DNA from: a candidate division WOR-3 bacterium
GTDB lineage: Bacteria > Hydrothermota > Tepidihabitantia > Tepidihabitantales > Tepidihabitantaceae
Reading direction: 5' to 3'
NCBI GenBank assembly: GCA_965649295.1
Contig: CBFGKH010000016.1
Span: forward strand, 1-27,180
Length of the DNA stretch: 27,180 nt
A model generated the notes under the pieces. The model did not search any database. It saw nothing but the letters and a program-made list of their open reading frames with translations, and had not been told where the DNA came from. Position 1 is the stretch's first letter, and each line of letters opens with the position of its first letter. This document shows positions 16,905 to 24,780 of the stretch, in pieces. The position numbers were made by a program, and so were the translations under genes.

Positions 16905-17987
16905 CTAGACGATTGCTTCCTCGGTGGTCGCGTCGAAGAAGTGAATGCGGTCAAGGTCAAAGCTGATTCGGACATTGTCGCCGGCACGTGGCACTGAATG
17001 GGGCGGAACCCGGGCAACAATTGTTTCCGCGCCGAGGCGTAAGTAGAGTATTGCCTCGCTGCCCATCAGCTCGACCACCTCAACTCCGGCCGGCCAACCC
17101 GAACTGTCGGTAAGCCGGATGTTCTCCGGTCTGATACCGAGCACAACCGAACGGGCCGGCCGTTCCCCAAACCGGTCAGCCGCAGACTTTGGCAGGGTCA
17201 GGGTCAGGGCCTGGTTTCGGAATACGAGCTCGGTTCCGGACTGCTCGACCGTTCCGTTCTGGAAGTTCATTGGTGGCGAGCCAATGAAACCAGCCACAAA
17301 CTTGTTCACCGGTTGGTTGTAAAGGGTTATTGAGTCGGCAATCTGCAAAAGCCGGCCGTCCTTCATCACGCCGATGCGCTGGCCCAGAGTCATTGCTTCA
17401 ACCTGGTCATGGGTCACATAGAAGACGGTCGTAGCAAGCTGGCGATGAATCCGCGCCAGTTCTGCCCGCATGCCGACCCGCAGCTTGGCATCGAGATTCG
17501 ACAACGGCTCATCAAAGAGAAAGACCTGCGGATGGCGGACTATTGCCCGACCCACTGCCACCCGCTGGCGCTGGCCGCCGGAAAGCTGGGCCGGCTTGCG
17601 GTCAAGCAGCTCGGTGATGCCAAGAATCCGGGCGGCCTCCGCGACCCGGCGCCGAATCTCGTCTTTTGGCACCCGCCGGAGCTTGAGCGCAAAGGCCATG
17701 TTCTCGGCAACGGTCATGTGCGGATAGAGGGCGTAGTTCTGAAAGACCATCGCGATGTCTCGGTCCCGCGGCTCGACGTTGTTCACGAGCCGGTCGCCGA
17801 TATAGACCTCACCTGCGGTCGGCTCCTCCAGTCCGGCAACAATGCGCAACGTCGTGGTCTTACCGCAGCCGGACGGCCCAACCAGCACAAAAAACTCCTG
17901 GTCCCGAATCTCAAACGACACGTGGTCAACCGCCACCACGCCCTTGTCATAGGTCTTGGTCAGGTCTCGGAATACTACCTTGCTCAT
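16905..17987 (-). CDS. Carbohydrate ABC transporter ATP-binding protein (MalK/UgpC/MsmX family)
   Basis: GPSGCGKTT; MVFQNYALYPHM; LSGGQRQRVA; FDEPLSNLDAKLR; YVTHDQVEAMT; C-terminal TOBE GIRPE. Confidence 0.95.
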   Translation of the reverse strand: MSKVVFRDLTKTYDKGVVAVDHVSFEIRDQEFFVLVGPSGCGKTTTLRIVAGLEEPTAGEVYIGDRLVNNVEPRDRDIAMVFQNYALYPHMTVAENMAFALKLRRVPKDEIRRRVAEAARILGITELLDRKPAQLSGGQRQRVAVGRAIVRHPQVFLFDEPLSNLDAKLRVGMRAELARIHRQLATTVFYVTHDQVEAMTLGQRIGVMKDGRLLQIADSITLYNQPVNKFVAGFIGSPPMNFQNGTVEQSGTELVFRNQALTLTLPKSAADRFGERPARSVVLGIRPENIRLTDSSGWPAGVEVVELMGSEAILYLRLGAETIVARVPPHSVPRAGDNVRISFDLDRIHFFDATTEEAIV

Positions 17988-17997
17988 ACCAGCCGTC

Positions 17998-18843
17998 CTA
18001 GGTCGATTCTTTCGGCCCTGCGGCAGCCGGGTTCGACCAGAGCAGCATAAGAATCTTGCGGATTGTCTCTCTCAGGTCACGACGGGAGACAATCAGGTCG
18101 AGCATCCCGTGCCGGAGCGAGAACTCAGCGGTCTGGAATCCCTCAGGCAGCTTCTCGCCGATTGTGCCTTCAATCGTGCGCCGGCCGGCAAAGCCAATCA
18201 GCGCCCCCGGCTCAGAGATAATCACATCACCAAGCATCGCAAACGAGGCCGTGACCCCACCAGTGCAGGGGTCAACCGGCACCGATATGTAGGGAACACG
18301 GGCCGCCCGCAACAGACCAAGCTCAGCCGCAGTCTTGGCCATCTGCATCAACGAAAAGACTCCCTCATGCATTCGGGCACCGCCGGACGTGGCAATGATA
18401 ATGAGCGGCCGGCGCTCGGTACGGGCGATGCGCATAATCCGAGCGAGCTTCTCGCCGACAACCGAGCCCATGCTGCCACCAAGAAACGCAAAGTCCATTG
18501 CGCCAAGCACTACCGGTATCTCGGCCAACCTTCCCCGGCCGCAGATAACAGCATCCTTATGGCCGAGCTTCTCAGCTTGCTCAGCTGCCTTGCGGGCATA
18601 GTCCGGAAACCGGAGCGGGTCAGCCGGGGCCAGGTCAGCATCGGTCTCGGCAAACGAACCGGCATCAAGCAGCAACTCGATATACTTCTCCGGCCGGATG
18701 CGGAAGTGATAACCGCAACGGGTGCAGATGAAGTAGTTGGCCTCAAGAGTCTTGCGATAAAGAATCTCGCCACAGCCATTGCAGCGAAACCAGAGCCCGC
18801 CCGGGGTCTGAGACTGGCCAATCGGCCGCGCTTGGGTCGGCAC
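17998..18843 (-). CDS. accD: Acetyl-CoA carboxylase carboxyltransferase beta subunit
   Basis: GLWFRCNGC...CTRCGYH zinc ribbon; MDFAFLGGSMGSVVGEK; SGGARMHEG; TGGVTASFA; FQTAEF. Confidence 0.96.
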   Translation of the reverse strand: MPTQARPIGQSQTPGGLWFRCNGCGEILYRKTLEANYFICTRCGYHFRIRPEKYIELLLDAGSFAETDADLAPADPLRFPDYARKAAEQAEKLGHKDAVICGRGRLAEIPVVLGAMDFAFLGGSMGSVVGEKLARIMRIARTERRPLIIIATSGGARMHEGVFSLMQMAKTAAELGLLRAARVPYISVPVDPCTGGVTASFAMLGDVIISEPGALIGFAGRRTIEGTIGEKLPEGFQTAEFSLRHGMLDLIVSRRDLRETIRKILMLLWSNPAAAGPKEST

Positions 18844-18848
18844 GGGTT

Positions 18849-18876
18849 AGTATAGAAACGCCCCCCAGCCAGTCAA
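18849..18876 (-). promoter_or_regulatory. sigma70 promoter of accD, probably leaderless
   Basis: TTGACT, 16 nt, TATACT, then 5 nt to GTG 18843. Confidence 0.8.
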
Positions 18877-19388
18877 GCCGGCAGACCGGAAGCCCAAGCC
18901 GACAACGAAGCCAACTGTCCAAGCCAGTAGCCAAGCCCGTTCCACAGGTAGCGAGAAGGAGTTGCCCAAGCAAGAGTCCCAAGAGTGGGGACAGCACTCT
19001 GGCCAGGCCAGTCAGAGACGGGTCGGCGAACAGCCACAGCAGCCCACTCAGTGACAATTCTGCCAACTCAGTCGGGATAGCCTGAGAGAGTACCACAACG
19101 GACCCGCCCGCAAGTAGAGCAACCAGCTCCTATGCAGAGCTCCTCGGCAAGAGTGGCAGGGGTAGTCCCCCGGACAAGGGAGGGGGTCTGGTGAACAATC
19201 AGCTATCCGATTGCACAACAAATGGTTAGGCCCTGTCGGCCAGAATCGGGCTTGCACCCTAAGGAAGGTGCAAGTGGCTGTCTTGAGCCGGGTAGAAAAT
19301 CGGGTAGCCAGCTCAGTTGAGCTCGTTATGTTCAAGACCAGCCACGAGCCTGGTGGCAACAGCGATGCTTGGTTCTGGTTTGCGGCAG

Positions 19389-19418
19389 TTGACAGCAGGC
19401 AAGGTCAGGGCGTAAGAT
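19389..19418 (+). promoter_or_regulatory. Possible sigma70 promoter of the TPR-OmpA/pyr operon
   Basis: TTGACA, 18 nt, TAAGAT. Confidence 0.45.
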
Positions 19419-19432
19419 TGGCAAGAGCAATC

Positions 19433-21409
19433 TTGAGAAGCTTCCCCCAACTACTGCCGCGACTACTGTTGGTAGCACTGCTGCTGTCTGGCGGCTGCGC
19501 CTATTTCAACACCTTCTACAACGCCCGCCAGGCCTACCAGCAAGGGGTGACTTTCAAGGAGCAGGGCCAGCAGATGCAGGCCAAGGCCAAGTTCGAGAAA
19601 GCGATTGAGAAGTCGGCAATGGTAATCAAGCGCTGGCCAAGGTCACAGTGGGTTGACGATGCCCTGTTGCTCATCGGCCTCGCCTACTACCAGCAGACTC
19701 TCTATCCGAAGGCAATTCGCCATTTCGACCAACTGGCACTGGCTTTTCCCGACTCGAAACTACTGCCCGAGGCTGAGCTTTATCGCGGGCTGGCATTGTT
19801 GGCCGACAAACAGTACGGCCCGGCACGGGTAGCACTTGATAATGTCAAGCAGCGGTATCCGCGGTTGGCCGACGTTGCCGCATTTCACCTTGCCCGGTCG
19901 CTGGCTGAACGGGAGGAACGGGAGGCGGCGGTTGAATCGCTGACCGGCTTTGTCCGGCGCTATCCACGTTCCCGGTATCGAACCGAGGCCACGCGCATAC
20001 TTGCTGAGCAGACCGCGGCCTTGGGCCGTCACAGCGATGCCGAACGCTGGTACCGGGAATACGGCCGGCTGACGACGGCCCCCCGCGAGCGGGCCGCTGC
20101 CAATCTGAAGGTTGCCCTGGCCCGGCTACAACAGGGCCGGCCAGCAGATGCAGCAGCAATAGCCAGAGATGTGATTGGCCGGTTTCGAGACCTCGATGAT
20201 GATGCCTATCTCATATTGGGTCGGGCTCAGGCCGAGTCCGGCCAGCCGGCTGAGGCGATTGAGTCTTGGGGAATGGTGCGCGGTAACAATGACCTTGGCG
20301 CTGAGGCGGCGTTTCGGATTGCCCGATATTTCGAGGAAAACGGTGAGTTTGTCCGTGCCCGGGCTTATTATGACACGGCCCGCATCCGCAAGGCCGGCTC
20401 TGATTATGGCGTTCAGGCAGTGAAGCGACTCTCTTTGCTCGATGCCTTTGCCAGCCAGCAGGCCGGTGGCCGGGAACCGGCTGAGGCGGCTTTTCTCTTG
20501 GCCGAGGTACATAATCTTAACCTTGGCGATTATGACCGGGCAATGGTGCTTTATCAGGCGGTGCGGGATTCGTTTCCGGAGAGCGACTGGGCTGCCAAGG
20601 CGCTTTTTGCTAAGGCCTGGATTTTGCGGGTTGCCAAGAAGGACACGGCTGCGGCTGAACCGGTGCTGCATCAGGTAATCAACGAGTATCCGGAGACCGA
20701 GTATGCTGATGAGGCGCGGCGCTGGCTCGGCCTACCAGTGCCGAAGCGGGCTAAGCGCGTGGCCACGCCATTGCCGGCTGACACGGCAAAGGCACCGCCA
20801 GCAGAGACGATAGCCGCCACTCCAGCGTCCAAGCCGGAGCCGCCTTCCTCTATCCCGAGTAAGGAAACCGAGTTGCGGCAGGAGCGAACCGGCGAACGGC
20901 TAGGGCCGGACAAAGCCGGTACCGAACCGCAAGCCGAGGGCAAGCGACCGGGTACAGTGCTGCCGCCGGGTCAATCGCTTACACCAGAGCCGCAAGCTCG
21001 CCCCGAGCCACCTGACCAGGCCGAAAGACCGACGGCTGAATCGGGTGCCACTGCCAAGACTCCCCAAGCACCGGAAAGCCGTGGTGAAGCGGCGCTGCCA
21101 ACCATCTATTTTGGAACCGACAGCGCAACAGTCCGGCCCAGCGACTCACTGCTCCTCTCCGAGGTAGTGCCGAGGTTGCTAGCATCTGCTGGCCGGATTG
21201 TCATAACCGGCCATTGCGACCCGCGTGCCAGCGAGCGCTATAACGAGGTTCTGGGGCTGCGTCGGGCCGAGGCGGTGCGAGACTTGCTGATCAGGGCAGG
21301 AATCGGTGCTGAGCGGATTGTGGTCAGGAGTCGCGGCGAGCTGGAACGGGTCTCGTCCGGGCCGGCCGAGTATTGGCGGGACCGGAGGGTGGTATTAGCG
21401 CTGGAGTAG
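19433..21409 (+). CDS. TPR-repeat lipoprotein with Pro-rich linker and C-terminal OmpA-like peptidoglycan-binding domain
   Basis: Signal and lipobox LLLVALLLSGGC, then AYFNTFYNA; BamD/CpoB-like TPR helices (WVDDALLLIG, YPRSRY, YPETEYA); IYFGTDS, GHCDPR...YNEVLGLRRAEAV, DRRV. Start trimmed from 19211 to TTG 19433 (approximate). Confidence 0.88.
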   Translation: MRSFPQLLPRLLLVALLLSGGCAYFNTFYNARQAYQQGVTFKEQGQQMQAKAKFEKAIEKSAMVIKRWPRSQWVDDALLLIGLAYYQQTLYPKAIRHFDQLALAFPDSKLLPEAELYRGLALLADKQYGPARVALDNVKQRYPRLADVAAFHLARSLAEREEREAAVESLTGFVRRYPRSRYRTEATRILAEQTAALGRHSDAERWYREYGRLTTAPRERAAANLKVALARLQQGRPADAAAIARDVIGRFRDLDDDAYLILGRAQAESGQPAEAIESWGMVRGNNDLGAEAAFRIARYFEENGEFVRARAYYDTARIRKAGSDYGVQAVKRLSLLDAFASQQAGGREPAEAAFLLAEVHNLNLGDYDRAMVLYQAVRDSFPESDWAAKALFAKAWILRVAKKDTAAAEPVLHQVINEYPETEYADEARRWLGLPVPKRAKRVATPLPADTAKAPPAETIAATPASKPEPPSSIPSKETELRQERTGERLGPDKAGTEPQAEGKRPGTVLPPGQSLTPEPQARPEPPDQAERPTAESGATAKTPQAPESRGEAALPTIYFGTDSATVRPSDSLLLSEVVPRLLASAGRIVITGHCDPRASERYNEVLGLRRAEAVRDLLIRAGIGAERIVVRSRGELERVSSGPAEYWRDRRVVLALE

Positions 21410-22161
21410 GGCCGCACCGGCTACCGGTCGCTGCTGCCGAGGAGATTGGCAGCGGCATCTTCTCGCTATGGCTCGACGCACCAAGACTGGCCAATGGAGT
21501 CCGGCCCGGCCAGTTCTTCAACATCCGGGTCGGTACCGGTGCTGACCCGTTGCTGCGCCGACCAATCTCGGTCTGCGACGCAGAACGCGGACAGGTGCGG
21601 ATTCTGTTTCGGGTTGTTGGCCGTGGCACTGCCCTGCTCGCTCGGGTGCGGGCCGGTGATGAACTTGACGTGCTTGGGCCGCTGGGCAGGCCGGCACGAC
21701 TGCCCCCAAGGGGTGCCGTTGTCTTAGTTGGCGGTGGTATTGGGATTGCGCCGCTGCTCTTGCTGGCCCGGCGTTGGCACGAGCGCCGGCAGCTGACAGT
21801 AATACTCGGCGCCCGGACAAAGGCGGGGTTGATTCTACTACCCGAGTTCCGGGCGCTTGGTGTCAACCTGCTGCTGGCAACTGATGACGGCAGCGCCGGC
21901 TACCACGGGTTTGTGACCGAGCCGGCTGCCGCGCTGGCGCGGCAGCTACCGAGCCCGACGTTCTTTGCCTGTGGGCCAGCGGCAATGCTGCGCGAGCTGG
22001 TCAGCCGACTTCGGCCGCTGCCGGTCTGGGGTTTCATCGAGGAACGGATGGGTTGCGGGACCGGCATCTGCTACTGCTGTGCGCTGCCCCAAAAGGACGG
22101 CGGCTATCTTCGCTTCTGCCAAGAGGGGCCGGTAGTGCTGCTGAACGAGGCAGTGCTGTGA
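21373..22161 (+). CDS. pyrK: Dihydroorotate dehydrogenase electron transfer subunit
   Basis: RPGQFF; LLRRPIS; GGGIGIAPL; TDDGSAG; EERMGCGTGICYCC...C.EGPV [2Fe-2S] motif. Exact start uncertain. Confidence 0.93.
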   Translation: MAGPEGGISAGVGPHRLPVAAAEEIGSGIFSLWLDAPRLANGVRPGQFFNIRVGTGADPLLRRPISVCDAERGQVRILFRVVGRGTALLARVRAGDELDVLGPLGRPARLPPRGAVVLVGGGIGIAPLLLLARRWHERRQLTVILGARTKAGLILLPEFRALGVNLLLATDDGSAGYHGFVTEPAAALARQLPSPTFFACGPAAMLRELVSRLRPLPVWGFIEERMGCGTGICYCCALPQKDGGYLRFCQEGPVVLLNEAVL

Positions 22162-23060
22162 ACTGGTCGGTGCGAATCGGCAACACCATCTTTTCCAACC
22201 CAGTGCTGGCTGCTTCCGGCACTTTTGGGTTCGGTCTGGGATTTCCCGGGGTCGCCTCGCGGCTGGGCGGAATTGTCACCAAAGGCATCACCCTGCTGCC
22301 ACGCGTCGGTAATCCGCCGCCACGGATTGCTGAGTTCACCGGCGGCATCCTGAACTCGGTTGGGCTGGAGAATCCCGGAATCGAGCGGTTCCGCCAAGAG
22401 GTATTGCCACAACTGGCCAGCCTAAAGACGAGGGTGGTGGTGAATATTGCCGGTTTTGCGGTTTCTGAGTATGCCGAGCTGGCCCGCCAGCTTGATGAGC
22501 AGCAGGTGGACGCGCTGGAGCTGAATGTCTCCTGTCCCAATGTCCGTGCTGGTGGCGCAGCCTTTGGCCAAAGTCCCAGGCAGGTTGAGCGGATTACGCA
22601 GCTAGTGCGCCGCAGCACGACGAAGACAGTAATCGTCAAGCTGACTGCCAACTTTGTTGACCCGGCCGAAACCGCCCGCGCCGCTGAGACTGCTGGTGCT
22701 GACGCCGTGACCGTGCTCAACACGCTCGTAGGAATGGTGCTTGACCGTCAGGGCCGGCCTTTGCTTGGCGCCAGAACCGGCGGCATTTCCGGACCGGCGC
22801 TCAAGCCGCACGCGCTTTTCTGCGTTGACCGGGTCGCAGCCGCGGTCAGCATCCCGGTTATCGGTTGTGGCGGGATTATGACCGGTCAGGACGCACTCGA
22901 CTTTTTGGCTGTCGGCGCAAGGATGGTGCAAGTCGGCACCGCCAGTCTGGTGGACCCCAATGCTCCGGCGCGTGTCTGGGACGAATTGCGCGGACTTTGC
23001 CGCGCCGGAGGCGTGCGGTCGTGGGCCGATGTCGTTGGCCGAGCAAGGAGGAGTGAATGA
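22158..23060 (+). CDS. pyrD: Dihydroorotate dehydrogenase, family 1B catalytic subunit
   Basis: GTGA overlap with pyrK; NPVLAASGTFG; GNPPPRIAE; ELNVSCPNV; GGISGPALKP. Confidence 0.95.
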   Translation: MNWSVRIGNTIFSNPVLAASGTFGFGLGFPGVASRLGGIVTKGITLLPRVGNPPPRIAEFTGGILNSVGLENPGIERFRQEVLPQLASLKTRVVVNIAGFAVSEYAELARQLDEQQVDALELNVSCPNVRAGGAAFGQSPRQVERITQLVRRSTTKTVIVKLTANFVDPAETARAAETAGADAVTVLNTLVGMVLDRQGRPLLGARTGGISGPALKPHALFCVDRVAAAVSIPVIGCGGIMTGQDALDFLAVGARMVQVGTASLVDPNAPARVWDELRGLCRAGGVRSWADVVGRARRSE

Positions 23061-23761
23061 CAAAGCTGGTACTGGCATTGAACGTTGCTCGCAAGGAAGA
23101 GGCGGTCGGCTGGCTCGAACGGCTGGGCGGTAGCGTTGATGTTTATAAGCTCGGGATGGACCTCTACACAAGGTATGGGCCAGAGCTCGTGCGAGAGTTT
23201 GTGCGGCGCGGAGCCAGGGTCTTTCTTGACCTCAAGTTTTCTGACATTCCTTCGGTCGTGGCCAAGGCAGTGGCGGCTGCTGCTGAACTCGATGTCGCGA
23301 TGCTGACTGTCCACACGATGGGCGGGCCGGCAATGCTGGCTGCAGCGGCCGAAGCGGCTTCCCGGGCCGCAGGCCGCAAGCCGCTTGTCCTCGGCGTGAC
23401 CGTGCTGACGAGTATTGACGCGACCGCGCTGGCGCGGGTCTGCGGCAGCGAGCAGCCGGTAATCGAACGGGTCCGGAGTCTGGCGCTACTGGCCAAAGAG
23501 GCCGGCTGCGATGGCTGTATCTGCTCGCCGCAGGAGATACCGGTCATCCGCAGCACCTGCGGCCGGGACTTTGTCATCGTTACACCCGGCATCAGATTTG
23601 GGCCGGCCCAGGACGACCAGGCGCGAACCTTGACTCCAAGCGAGGCTGCCCAGGCCGGTGCCGATTACATCGTTGTCGGTCGGCCAATCACGGCAGCGGC
23701 TGACCCGGCTGCTGTTGTCAAGGAGATTCGAACTCAACTGGGAGGCAATGGTGACAACTGA
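23057..23761 (+). CDS. pyrF: Orotidine-5'-phosphate decarboxylase
   Basis: VFLDLKFSDIP; GVTVLTS; VTPGIR; DDQAR; VVGRPIT. Confidence 0.95.
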   Translation: MTKLVLALNVARKEEAVGWLERLGGSVDVYKLGMDLYTRYGPELVREFVRRGARVFLDLKFSDIPSVVAKAVAAAAELDVAMLTVHTMGGPAMLAAAAEAASRAAGRKPLVLGVTVLTSIDATALARVCGSEQPVIERVRSLALLAKEAGCDGCICSPQEIPVIRSTCGRDFVIVTPGIRFGPAQDDQARTLTPSEAAQAGADYIVVGRPITAAADPAAVVKEIRTQLGGNGDN

Positions 23762-24320
23762 TCTGGGGAGCTTACTGCGCGAGACCGGCGTGCTGCGCGA
23801 AGGGCACTTTCTGCTGACCTCAGGCCGCCACTCGGATCGCTACTTTGAGAAGTTCCGGATTCTCGAACAGCCGGCAGTCTGTGAACAGTTCGCGCAGGCG
23901 ATTGCCGAACGGTTTGCCACCAGCGGCATCACGGTTGTCTGTGGCCCGACTACCGGCGGCGTGATTATCGCCTACGAGGTAGCCCGGCAGCTTGGCGTCC
24001 GCTGCATCATTGCCGAGAAAACCGAGACCGGCCGCAAGATTGGCCGTGGGTTCCGGCTGGGGACAACCGACCGCGTGCTGGTGGTTGATGATGTGCTGAC
24101 AACCGGCGGTTCAATCCGCGAGACGCTCGCAGCGCTGGCGCCTTCCGGAGCAAAGCTGGTCGGGATTGGCGTATATGTTGACCGCAGTCCCGGGGTCGAG
24201 TTTGGGACTGACTTCTATGCTGCTTTCCGGCAACCAGTGGCGACCTGGGAACCGGCCGACTGTCCGCTCTGCCGAAGTGGTGTCAAGCTCGAAGAACCTG
24301 GCCGCAGCGGCCGGCAGTAG
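23748..24320 (+). CDS. pyrE: Orotate phosphoribosyltransferase
   Basis: SD GGAGG 23741-23745; GHFLLTSGRHS; VLVVDDVLTTGGS PRPP motif; CPLC...KLEEPG tail. Confidence 0.95.
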   Translation: MVTTDLGSLLRETGVLREGHFLLTSGRHSDRYFEKFRILEQPAVCEQFAQAIAERFATSGITVVCGPTTGGVIIAYEVARQLGVRCIIAEKTETGRKIGRGFRLGTTDRVLVVDDVLTTGGSIRETLAALAPSGAKLVGIGVYVDRSPGVEFGTDFYAAFRQPVATWEPADCPLCRSGVKLEEPGRSGRQ

Positions 24321-24647
24321 CTAACCCCGCCGCTTCTTTGTCTTCTCGGCCTCGTAGTCGCGGCGCAGTTCCTGCCGCTCGGCTTCGAGCCGCTCAATCT
24401 CACCGAGAAGCCGGCCAATCCGTTCATCCGGGGCCAGCGGCGTGTCGGGTGAATCTGACCAGCGCTCATAGACCAGTCCACCCAACTCAGCCATTTTCTT
24501 TTCCAGCTCACGACTTACCCGCAGTAGTTCCATCTTCAGATGGCCGCGGCGGGTGAGGTCTTCGGCCTCCTTGAGCGCGGCGTTGGTCGCATCAGCCAGC
24601 CAGAGTCGCAGGTCATCCCAGAGGGTCTGAATCTCACGCTTGGGCAT
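24321..24647 (-). CDS. Hypothetical coiled-coil protein (108 aa)
   Basis: Starts MPKREIQTLWDDLR at ATG 24647, directly after a promoter; helical and charged. Confidence 0.8.
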   Translation of the reverse strand: MPKREIQTLWDDLRLWLADATNAALKEAEDLTRRGHLKMELLRVSRELEKKMAELGGLVYERWSDSPDTPLAPDERIGRLLGEIERLEAERQELRRDYEAEKTKKRRG

Positions 24648-24652
24648 GGCGA

Positions 24653-24680
24653 AGTGTAATCTTGGGCACCTACCAGTCAA
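24653..24680 (-). promoter_or_regulatory. sigma70 promoter, probably leaderless
   Basis: TTGACT, 16 nt, TACACT, then 5 nt to ATG 24647. Confidence 0.75.
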
Positions 24681-24780
24681 GGCCGGCACCGCTTGACAAA
24701 GACCAGCGAGTGCGATTGAATCAGGCGATAATGTGGCCAGTAATGGCCGCAACCAGGTCCTGCTACCCAACGGAGGTATT

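Noticed and set aside
19211..19432. N-terminal 74 aa of the 732-aa ORF
   Set aside because: Precedes the lipoprotein signal and contains the likely promoter; the same over-extension applies to track starts 22053, 23658, 24733, 24866 and 16793.
24693..24721. TTGACA-based promoter for the fibre gene
   Set aside because: Good -35, but the -10 at 16-17 nt (ATTGAA or TTGAAT) is too poor to call.
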